The position numbers were made by a program, and so were the translations under genes. A stretch of DNA of 63,511 nucleotides, counting the filler, from Catajapyx aquilonaris (Eukaryota), in NCBI GenBank assembly GCA_000934665.2. It is 2 parts of 2 records of this genome, joined end to end, with 100 filler letters (N's around TTAATTAATTAA, not from the genome) between each part and the next. Parts side by side here need not be neighbours in the genome. Positions count along the whole stretch, not along the records: positions 1 to 31,640 come from KZ539158.1; 1 more part is not named here. One strand, given 5' to 3'. The notes below the pieces were generated by a model, which did no database searches, was not told the origin of the DNA, and worked only from the letters and a program-made list of their open reading frames with translations. Shown piece after piece: positions 14,001-24,100 of the stretch. Position 1 is the stretch's first letter. Each line of letters begins with the position of its first letter.

Positions 14001-15697
14001 TTTTCCTGAAGTTGAAGTCTTGATAACATACAGCTAATTATAGAATGGATATAAAAGTAGAAATCTGTTGTTTTCTTATTTTTATCTAAAGAATGGTGGT
14101 AAAAAATTAGTTGGACATTAACAAAAAATGTATTTGAAATGAATTTACAAAAGTATGTAAATACTTTTGATATATTTAGTATTTAATTACTTATGCAGTA
14201 TTTAGTATTTAATTACTTATGCAGTATTTAGCATTTAATTACATTTTCATGCAGTAGTTAGTATTTAATTACATTCAAGTATTTAGTACCCATCACTGAC
14301 TACAGTGTATAAAAAACTCCTGAATTTAACAGTGAAATGATGAGAGAAGAGTGATGCTGTTTACTCGCACTCCCAAAAGTCCCCTACAGCCGCACATTTA
14401 ATGACAACAGACCATTCGTTCATTCATTACACTCACAGCATATTCCCAAGATGGGGTTAGCAGCGATGACCAGGAACAATATACTTGGCCATCTCAAACA
14501 CACGAACAAGAGACAATAATATTACTAATAAGCATTATAGGTGAATTCGTTTATGGCTGAGTGTAGCAATAGTGTAGCTCCAGCGAGAGTTCTGCATTCG
14601 TTTATGACTCCGCTGCTCTAAAGGGGCGGGGCTTGGCGTAGCACTGCATTCGTTTATCCCAGAGCAAGGGTCGGGTGTAGCGCGAGTGTAGCTTCGGCCT
14701 GCACGCTCATTCGGGAGGGTGCAAGCGGTGTAGCAGTGGGTGTAGCTCCTCTTCCACTGTGACGTTTCACACACGTGACCAGGCTGCGCTAGAGCTACAC
14801 TCCAGTGCTACACTCAGCCATAAACTAATTCACCTAATAATTGTGGTCCGTGTAATAAAACTGGTTCACAACTTCAGTGCATTGAGAGGAATCGCAATGG
14901 TTTTATAATCCATCCCATAGATACCTATGATCCATCTTTGTAGCAAGTGTTTGAATCCACCGAAATGTCTTGAGCTGTCAAAGTATTTTGGACGCAGCCG
15001 CTGCGACTTATGTCTGCCAGGTGGCGATGTCTGTACATAGCCATTAATGCAGGGTAGTGTATTTGGGGAAATTCTAGCCGGCTAACATTATTGTAGGGAA
15101 CCCTGATGAGCGAGTTCATTTGGGAGGAAGATGTGTATGTGTGGATAAAATGATTAATTTTACTTATGAGGATCAAGTGACTGCCCCCAAGTCTGTTTCA
15201 GTTTGAAAAAGTGACTAGTACTATCAGTCCAACAAGAATTGTCGCAGCGGCAGCGCACGAACTACAATCTACGAGCACAGGGACACGAGAGACTGTAGTT
15301 CGTGCGCTGCCGCTGCGACAATTCTTGTTGGACAGCAGGTACCAAGTGCAGTAAGTTTGGACCCAATTGTAACAGAGGATTTAAGTTTGCTTAAATGCTT
15401 AGACCACTATTTGTGAAAGTTGTCATATTTATTGATGGCTCAACTCTCAACAAGGGAGGTAACTTGTTTGTGGAGTAACTACCATTGTAACATCGAATAT
15501 AAGGTCATAAAAATTAGCATGACAGAATGGAGATTTCCACTTTAATTTGTTTTTGTGTAACTGACCCTAAATTCTTTCCATTTGGACATACTACTAATTT
15601 TGATATTATTCTCTATTGTATTTTTCCTCTATTTAGGAATACTATATACTAATTTTCCACTTTCTTCATATTTCAGGGCCAGATGATCCAGTTCTAA
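5052..15697 (+). CDS. RpL36A: 60S ribosomal protein L36a (eL42/L44), 104 aa; exons 5052-5054, 6926-7216, 15677-15697
   Basis: ATG|GTGAGT single-codon exon; exon 2 [26 protein letters not shown]...[26 protein letters not shown]...ELGGDKKRK; exon 3 GQMIQF*. All introns GT-AG, phase 0. AATAAA at 15752-15757. Confidence 0.97.
6377..6882 (-). mobile_element. tRNA-derived SINE with V-domain-like core, interrupted by a hAT MITE
   Basis: B-box head at ~6810-6880; core (plus strand) GGGAGGAAACGGGAGAACCCCCGAGAAAACCCACGCGAACACGGAG; (ATT)n tail. Uninterrupted copy at 28234. Confidence 0.75.
6550..6794. mobile_element. hAT-type MITE
   Basis: TIR CAGGGCCGGATTT / AAATCCGGCCCTG, exact 8-bp TSD TAAGTAGC (6542-6549, 6795-6802). 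Confidence 0.9.
8165..8442. mobile_element. Tc1/mariner-like foldback MITE
   Basis: Termini CAGGGTGTT / AACACCCTG; internal inverted arms (CTCCTAGAGCTTGTGGAG / CTCCACAAGCTCTAGGAG). Confidence 0.75.
8452..9002. mobile_element. Tc1/mariner-like foldback MITE with ~200-bp inverted arms
   Basis: TA|CAGGGTGATTCTCCCGAATG ... CATTCGGGAGAATCACCCTG|TA; arms are near-perfect reverse complements. Confidence 0.9.
9968..10276. mobile_element. Tigger/pogo-like MITE
   Basis: TA|CAGTAGAGCATCGATTATC ... GATAATTGATGCTCTACTG|TA. Confidence 0.8.
11638..12180. mobile_element. Foldback element with ~165-bp diverged inverted arms
   Basis: CAACCAAACTAACTCTTCTTACCCTCCTAAATTTTG ... CAAAATTTAGGAGGGTAAGAAGAGTTACTTTGGTTG. 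Confidence 0.8.
12470..12645 (-). mobile_element. tRNA-derived SINE family C fragment
   Basis: GGAAGGAAGCGGCTGTGGCC...GGGAAACCACAGAAAACCA block shared with 39179-39630. Confidence 0.65.
12947..13837. mobile_element. Non-autonomous piggyBac-like element flanked by ATAT, copy 1
   Basis: ATAT|CCTCCTGAGACCTG ... CAGGTCTCAGGAGG|ATAT; near-identical copy at 28910-29806. Confidence 0.85.
13865..14298. mobile_element. hAT-type MITE with subterminal tandem repeats
   Basis: TIR CAGAGATGGG / CCCATCACTG, 8-bp TSD ACTACAGT (13857-13864, 14299-14306), repeated GTATTTAGTATTTAATTAC units. Confidence 0.85.
14538..14836. mobile_element. MITE (Harbinger-like)
   Basis: TIR TAGGTGAATTCGTTTATGGCTGAGTGTAGCA / TGCTACACTCAGCCATAAACTAATTCACCTA, with repeated GTGTAGC motifs. 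Confidence 0.75.
15227..15333. repeat. Perfect 40-bp inverted repeat (small MITE-like hairpin)
   Basis: GTCCAACAAGAATTGTCGCAGCGGCAGCGCACGAACTACA and its exact reverse complement, separated by 27 nt. Confidence 0.9.
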
Positions 15698-15841
15698 GCT
15701 TTGTGCCCACCAGAAGGTTAAGCAGCAAAAACAAAAAAAAGCAGGTGTTGTAATAAAAACTTTTACCTGTTAATACAATCAAAACCATTTTATTTACTTA
15801 CAATCCCACTCCCAAAAGAGTTATGAAATATTTTGAACAAT

Positions 15842-17415
15842 TCAGTCGCTGAAGCTACTTCCCGAATCATCTGAATCTGAATGGCTTGGATCCTTGCTTG
15901 CGGTTTCAGGAGGAGCAGGTGCATCTGGCGTGCTGAAAATTTTGAAACAATTAATTTTTTTTCTCCCAACCTGAATTTATACACCACATTCTAAAGTAAG
16001 CCCTACGATTGTATGTCTTCAACTACCATTGCGTACAAATCCCACATAACTTGTAGCATTTTAAAAATCCATGTTTTAAAATATGGTAATACATCAGCTT
16101 ATGTTTCCTTCCCACTGTTGTAAGCACAGGCTGATTCAAAATGAAAAATTGTGATGTGATTGCTTACTCAAGTAAGGCTGGATCAACACCTTCTTGCTGC
16201 ATCTTCATCTTGACGGCCATGGCAGGAACGCCCACCTGAAGCATTTTGAAAAAGCGCATGTACCTGGCATCCTTGTTTATGGGAGGAGTAGAGGATGCCT
16301 GAGGTGGGAGTGCAGGGGAAGAATCTGCTGAGAATTCTGCACCTGTAATAATAATGTCGCATTATGACTTGATCAGATGAGGGGCATGTGCAGCTTCATA
16401 CCCTTGTCATTTTCTGGAGGAGTTGGTGCCATTGATGGTTCCGGTGGGGGCAATGATGGGGTTGAATCAGACGGCGGAGGCAATTCTGCAGATTCTAACC
16501 CTGGAATGGATGCCAGCTGAAATGCAATGAAATATCATTTAATAACCTTGGAACATTTGTGAAGAATAATGAACAGGGTTGTATGAACTGTCAATTGCAG
16601 TTGAGCAAAACATGAAGGGCGAATTTGCCAAATTATAACAGTATATGATGAGGGAGGAAGGTTCAAAATTTAATATCTTTTGTATGAAGAACCGGAAACA
16701 GCAATTTTCACCGAGTTTGTTCAGAAAGTATTCATGATGAAGGGGAAGGGATCAGTCTCCTCCCACATCCTTCTCTAGTGTGACTCTTGCTTATTGCCAT
16801 GTTTTAGCAGAAAATTCATTGGACCAAACTAATTAATTGAGTGGTTTAAGGGAGTTCCCTTCGAAATGCTTTAAGGATACCATTCTGACTTTGCAGAGTT
16901 GATTTTAATGGTGATTTCATAATGTCAGGAATCTACGAAGCAAACCATTTTCCAGTTTACGTGCTTAAAGTATTTGCAATGCCATAGACCATTACGATGG
17001 GAAAAAGCACTGGTAAATAATGACAGTTGACAGCTCTTTTAGTCGATTGGTTTTGTACTTTGGCTTCGAGGATGGCCAGAGACGCTTCCAAGGATCGCAT
17101 CCGCTGGTGCATTTCCTCAAGCTTCGACTCGCACACACGTGAAAACTTGTTGAGGAAGTTCACAGTCTGCGTGATGAAGTGGTTCAAGAAGGCCAGCGTC
17201 CGCTTCTGGTGAATCGACTCAACCTGAAAAATTCCAACATGCACATTATAAGTCAGCAGCTGCCTACAAAAAACTTATGTAGACAATTAATGACAATTAA
17301 ATGTGCTTCCAGGTGTCACAAAAATCACTCTGTTACATGCTATTTCAGGTCCCACTTTGGTCACCTTTGTAAAGTCAATTCCTGGCCCAATCAGTGGAAG
17401 TCCATCAGCATCCAT
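15842..17415 (-). CDS. WASHC3: WASH complex subunit 3 (CCDC53), 198 aa; exons 17415-17365, 17223-17059, 16516-16402, 16342-16168, 15932-15842
   Basis: MDADGLPLIGPGIDFTK|VESIHQKRTLAFLNHF...LEAK|LASIPGL...DARYMRFFKMLQVGVPAMAVKMKMQQEGVDPALLD...SSFSD*, matching the CCDC53 family. Splice phases consistent (0,0,1,2). AATAAA on minus at 15794-15789. Confidence 0.95.
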
Positions 17416-17559
17416 TTTCCTCCTTGCCCTTCTCCAAAACCCTATTGAATCTAGCAATTTATACACCCCATCACATGATTCCCTTTACATGTGTACTGCA
17501 ATAGAAGTCGGCGGCGCTGCAGCATTGTCATTCATGCAGCGGCGGCGTATTTAACACAT

Positions 17560-18126
17560 ATATAACTATGCTATTGGTTCAAAAGTAGCTAATATTAGTA
17601 ACTATTGGTTGTCAAGAACACGGTTGTCAACGGGTTGTCAACATGGTCGTCAAGCACATTCAGAATAAACAACCATTGCTGATGAGGCAGCGGAGACGGA
17701 CGGTTGACTTTTTCCTTTGATGATGGTTTAATCGTGCTTTATAGGCGATCAAAAGGTAAGATGACCGTGTGGGGGATGTTGTGGTGGCGCGGCTTAACTT
17801 GTACACCTCATGGCGCCTCAACTGTATCAAAGATGTCGACTGTAACCGACCGGAAGTGGCGGCCATGTCAGTCGGTCGAACAAGAAACGTGTAAATGCTC
17901 CTGGGTTGTGTTTTAAAATTTAAAAGTGATTAGAAGGGCCCGCATTAATTTTTGGGGTTTGTGTTCGACAAGGTGGGAACAAAAAAACGGTGTGGACTGC
18001 GACCACTTCCGGTGGTAATTTTTGTTAGGTTGTTGCTTGGTGTTGGTCAAGTTTGTTGAAGTTGATTATTTGGAATTCTGCGTTCTGTAGGAATAGTTTA
18101 CACCTGCTGAGCGTGGATATTCAGAG
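17560..18126. promoter_or_regulatory. Bidirectional promoter region, CCDC53 / transportin-3
   Basis: Start codons are 711 bp apart, head-to-head. ETS-like CCGGAAGTG (17850-17858) and CACTTCCGG (18004-18012), YY1-like GCGGCCAT, four GGTYGTCAA repeats (17607-17653). Confidence 0.6.
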
Positions 18127-21100
18127 ATGGAGGGCTGCGGAACGGAGCCTCCTCAAGGACTGAGCTTCGACGCTGGAGCATTGGCGGGGCAGGGAAGCGC
18201 CGGGGCAGCCTCCAGTGTGTCTTCACCTTCCCCATCTCCAACCTCGTCGTCCTCGACGGCGTCCAACGCACCTCCACCAGACCTAGATACGATTTGTGAA
18301 GCGATACAGGCTTTGTACAAAGGTCCAAATGCACCAGGGCAAGAAAAGGCATCGAGGTGGTTGGGAGATCTACAGAAATCGGTGGGTATCTGACCAGCCA
18401 TGTTGTGCACTGAAAGCGCGGAATCAGACTATGTGTAAGGTCGTAACCAGGCAGGCAGCGAGGGTGCATATGCTGGAATGGTATTTCCCCCAATGGCTGA
18501 CTGGTTGCGACAGCGTGTAGAAAGAATGGTTGCATAAGCGGGTGTTCCAACTTGTTTCATGACAGGTGCAAAAATGTGGAGTGTACCAAAATTAATAGCT
18601 TGACGTAGCGTTTTTAAAACATTGCTGAACACATGATGTGGTTAATGGCAAAGTACCAAATTTTAATGTTCCAAACAAAAATAATGAATTAAAAAAGTTT
18701 TAAACTGGCTGGGGGTCATGCAACCAAGGTAACCAGTGTCAACAAGTTTTAAACTGGCTGGGGGTCAGGTGACCATGGTAACCAGTGTCAACAATGGGTT
18801 GGTGGGGAGTTCAGCTCCACTTTCATTTTTTTTTGTGTGCCACTTCATCTTGTCTTTGGTTCTATACATGGGAAGGATAGCACAATGCACCTTTGCTGCA
18901 TCAATGATAACTTTACTGAAGGCTTGCTCTCATATGTATTGGGTGTTTCAAGTATATTAGTCCTTTTACTTATAGGAAATTTTGCCTGAAGCTGTAATTT
19001 ATGTGTAGCTTGTTGAGCCTGTAGTACCATATTTTTTAGAAACTGCTGTATTCTATGCCCTAGGGGTAATGGGGCACCTGGATCGGGGCACAACAAGCTA
19101 CACGAAAATAACTACTTGATGCAGTACTAGTGATAACTCATATTAACAGTGTTACATACATGCACTTGGAACACCCTGGATATATGGTTAACTGTGAGCG
19201 CTCTTCTTTGGCTATCTCCTCTTGATTGATATGTATGCACATGGCCACCAATCACTGCCCCCCAATGCCTGTTACATGGGACGTTATCATATCGTTCTGC
19301 TTCCCTTACCCATGCACAGTTCCTCATTCACTCGCATCTTCATCCAGGATGTATACCGTATGAGAACCTCTTCCACATGAACACATGGGCAGGCAGTTTC
19401 ATGAGTCAGCCCTTAAATTCACAAATAGTTGACCACATGCGAATATGACAGTAGCCCTTCATAACAATTATAACTTAGAAGTTTCAATGATAGAGGTGTG
19501 TGTATATCATGAGTGAAAAGTAGTGCAATGAACGTTCCTGTGGAGCTGTGCTGGTTACAATGCACCACAACGTAAATACGATGGTTAGTCAGAAAATTAG
19601 TTGTGTGGTGCTACAGTTTCAACGCCATGCGACAGATAGGGTAAAGACTAGCATGGGCGGGTACGTTGATCCTTCCAGTACTTCATGGGATGGGTAGGCA
19701 TCATTTTGCAGCTTATGTGCAGGCACGGCAGCTGTCAGACGAGACCGAGTGGCAAGCCGACCCTGCCCGCCCATATGCCGAGAGAAGTCATGCCAGACGG
19801 AGAGTGTTGGTCACATGGACTAAGGCTTGAGAGGGTGTGATGGCCGAGATGGTAACGTCTTGGCTTGCTGTGTGAAAGGTCCCAGGCTCACCACTCGGTC
19901 TCACCCGATGGCTGCCGTGTCTGTGCATAAGTTGCAAGATGATGCCTACCCATCCTATAAAGTACTGGAAGGATCAACATACCCGCCCATGCTCATCTTG
20001 ACTCTCTCTGTCACAAGGTGTTGAACCTGCAGCACCGCTTAACTTATTTTCCGACTGGCCCTCGTAACAAGGGGGGAAAAAAATTGATTTAAGTCTGGTC
20101 AGCCTGTATCATGTTTATTATTGTGTTGATGACATTTTGTGATGGCACTTGGTTGACATGATGGAACATGTGCAGCAAACCAGTTTGTTTTAATTTGCCC
20201 TGCTGCTGGAGGCATCAACTTATGCAACATCATTCTCTATGCTACAAGTTGACACTTATGGCTGTGGACTTTATTGATGGATAACCTTGCAGCTGACCTG
20301 TTAATAGATTTTTATGAAACTTGTAATGCATCAACCTAAGTTTATGACAACAATGGAAGTTGGTTCAGTTTTTTTTTTTTTTTGTTTAAATATATGAGGG
20401 TTGAGTAATGATCTGCTGCTGTGCTTTCAGTTGCAGGACATTTTTTCTCTAGGCCTGTAGTTTTCTATAGGACAGTTATTTTCCAATGATACGAATTGAG
20501 AATTACTGTTTTAATTTTCTCATTTCTTTTTTTGTTCCAGCTGTTTGCATGGAAGATTGCAGACTCCCTCCTAATACAGAAGAGGGACCTAGAAACCTGT
20601 TATTTTGCAGCACAAACAATGAGAACAAAGATACAGTACTGTTTTTATGAACTGCCCCCGGATGCTCACATCTCCTTGAGAGACTCACTGTTGACTCATG
20701 TAGAGCAAATTACATGTGACACAAACCCAGTCATAGTGACCCAATTGTGCTTGGCTCTGGCAGATCTGGTATTACAAATGCCATTATGGACACAACCACT
20801 GGGTGACCTAGTGAACCGCCTAGGTCAGAACCACCTTTGGCCACTCGTAGAGGTACTAACGTTACTACCAGAAGAAGTGAATTCGAGGAGTCTTCGGCTT
20901 GGAGCCAACAGGAGGCAGGAGGTCCTCGAGCAGCTTGCATCCAATGCAAAGACCGTGTCAGAGTTTTTGGTTAGTTGCTGACTCTTAAGATAAGTTGTAC
21001 AAGTACAAAGTGGCCCTGACTCGTAGACTACACTGAACTAGAACGGGACAGCTCTCGAACCAGTTCAGCGCAGCCAGACGGACAAGGCCTGTGAATTAAA

Positions 21101-24100
21101 ATTTCACTCTTCTTTGGGCTCATGAGTAAGATGAGCATGTAAATTATTGAGTTGGTAAAAGGTTGCACAAAGGTATAGGACAGCAGAGAAATTCCAATTC
21201 TGGATTTGTTTGAATGATTCATTTGCAATTACGAGGGTGGTTCAATATGTTTCTTGGGCCTTGCATACCGAGAAGACACAAACAGCTGTTATGTGGTGTA
21301 TACATTAAATTAGCCACACATCTCATGGTCACATATTGCCTGTCTCTGTTCTGGTGTGGCTATACTTGTGCCTCTGCATCTGTGTCATCTACAAAAGCTT
21401 GCCACAAAAAGTGGGCTTGTGTTCTTTTGCTTGATTTCCTGGACACAGGGGAAATGATCATTGCTGTTCCTTATTGCTGAACCTTGGATGAACTGTAACC
21501 TGCAATTTGTCACAAGCGCCCAGGTCTCCTCACTGTTGTAATAGTGTCATTCTGCTTGATGACTGTGCTGTGCTGACACAAGCCATTGCAGATTTCAGTT
21601 GGGAATCCTTGTCTAGAATCCATGCAGCCCTGATTTGGCCCCTAGTGATTTCCACTGTTTCCAAAATAAAGTTGCTACAATATGGCCAACTCAGAAAACG
21701 TATGTATTGAACCACCCTCGCATATACATGGTAAACTGAAGGACATATTTTGTGGAATTCCACAGATGACTACGAGGTTATGGTTACAACTTCCTACCTT
21801 CAACTTTGTGTTGCTTACCTCTATAATCATGGCTATGACTATAGTTTCATTCGGACTATATTTTGATAAGCCAATCCCATCAGCCAGTATTAGCTGAACG
21901 TAAATAAAAAATTATATATGTATACTGTATTGGGAAACCTGTGCGAAACTCTCAGATATGATTATTCAAAATAGCCACATTTTCAGTCAGTTTTGCTGCA
22001 CTTCAGAGCATTTTTAGGAGCATTTTGAATTATTGTTCATGCCAGTTACTAGAAGAAGTCTGATTTTGTGATGGAACTGTTGCTGCAGAGCCGTTTATTG
22101 CTGACCTTGGTGATGCCAGTAGATTTCTTTGCAAACAATTATTTGGTCTATGAGAGATTTAGAATTTTACAAGCTCATGCCTGTAGGTTGGGAGCTGACA
22201 GACTCTGACATGAGGGAAGTAGGAGTAAGGTCCGGTTCACACGTGGCCACCTTTAGTGGCAGCAACGGGCCACAGCAACTGACCACTTTTGGAAATACAC
22301 AGGATTGAATAAGAGAGTGGCCAGTGGTCACATGTGAATGCTCTCATTCAATCCTGTGTATTTCCAAAAGTGGTCAGTTGCTGTGGCCAGTTGCTGCCAC
22401 TATAGCTGTATGACCTGACCATGCGAGATTTTGTGCGTGAGTTTTGTGTATCGTGCTTGTGAACATGCTGAAAACCGCATTCATTTACGCCTTATAGAAG
22501 TTCCGCAAAAATTCTCAAAGTGTAGGCAAAGTGTAGCGCCTCAAGATGCATTGCCGGTCCCGAAAGGGTTAAACCAAAGGAACCTGGTTTTTTAGTTTTT
22601 TTCCAACCCTGTTTTCCAGCTGTAAAATGTTTTCCAGAGGCAATGCCACTGGACCTTAGGGGCCTAGTCTGGACACTGGGGATAACTTACCTACTGGGTA
22701 CCACCACGGTAACATACCTAAAATATTATTGGTAAAAAATAGGTACCCTGGTGGGTAATTTCAGACTACGGCCTGTAGGGGTACATGTGAAGTGAATACT
22801 GTATCTCAGCTACCACGTATTGTAGTGTATTGTAGCAACTTCACCTGCCCATTGACTTCCTGAGAGACCACTGAACACAGTAAAACATATCTGGCCAGAT
22901 TCCATGTGTAATTAATTGTTACCAAAATAACCAGCAATTAACCACAAGTGCAATCTGCGTGGATTTGGTTTACTGAGTTTGGTGCACCCTAAATCAACAA
23001 AAGGAACATGTCTAATTGTGTAATCTTAAGATTCCTAGGCTATACCTGAACCACGGCAAACTAAGTACAGGTTTTGACTATTTTGGGCAATTCTACTCTT
23101 CCACTGCATTTATTTAACCTCTGTGATGAAATTAATACTTATACAATAGTGCCACATCACAGGAGGAGTATGCACAGTTATACTGTAACTCAGTTTCAAA
23201 TATGTAGTATGCGCCACTTGACAGGGTACTTGTGAAAATTATAGCATGATAACATTACTGTAGGGAACCCTGTGAGGTGACATGCATGTTAAGTTGGTTC
23301 TGTGAGCCACAAAGTGAGAAATGCCAGGACTTTTTGTTTTTTGTTTTTTAAAAAAAATATCTACTTCGTGCTAGGGCCGAAAGACCCTCTTACGGGGGTG
23401 GGAATACCACCACATTTGGAACCATGTGTATAATTGACAATTATTTAGTTGGTCCACGATTAGGGTAGGTAGGAGGGGATGTGCAAAGTGCAAGTGCAAT
23501 GTCGTTGCTTGGTCATTTTGGGAACTTCCCCGGGTGGATTAGTCTAGCGGAAATTTCCACCCGAGACGAAGCCAGAGATGGCCCAACTCTGCACGAGATG
23601 AAGGAGGGAACCCCAGGTTGGGTTCGAACCCGGGACCTTAACGTCCCTGGGCGCGCACGTTAGCGCAGCACCACTCCGCCTCCCTACAAATGCCAGGACA
23701 TATTAGTGCATGATGGATGGGGGGGATGGAGGTGGGTTTCAAGTTTGTCCCTGTGTCTGCTGTGGTAGTGTGTGATGCAGGAGTGTGTCAGAAGATCCCA
23801 AAATTAGATTTGTGAATTATAAGGATGGTTTCTAACAGTTATTGGGGCTGCAACCATACCCTTTTCTTTCACATTGACATCTAAAATATTGTAACCAAAA
23901 CCTCGTAGAACCTAGATTATCAGGATATATTTGGCATTTAGTAAAGCATTTAACCACTACAGTAAATTTTGGTGACAGCACAAGTTCACAGGTACAGGGT
24001 TGTTCCAAGCATGTGGGTAGCTTTAGATATAGGAAATTTTACTTGGAGCTGTTATTTTTTGTAACTTGTTGCACCCATATCGAGGTGTCCTATTATAATG

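Noticed and set aside
17485..17535. Short upstream ORF MNDNAAAPPTSIAVHM* before CCDC53
   Set aside because: TSS is unknown, so it cannot be shown to be transcribed; no usable intron links it to the CDS.
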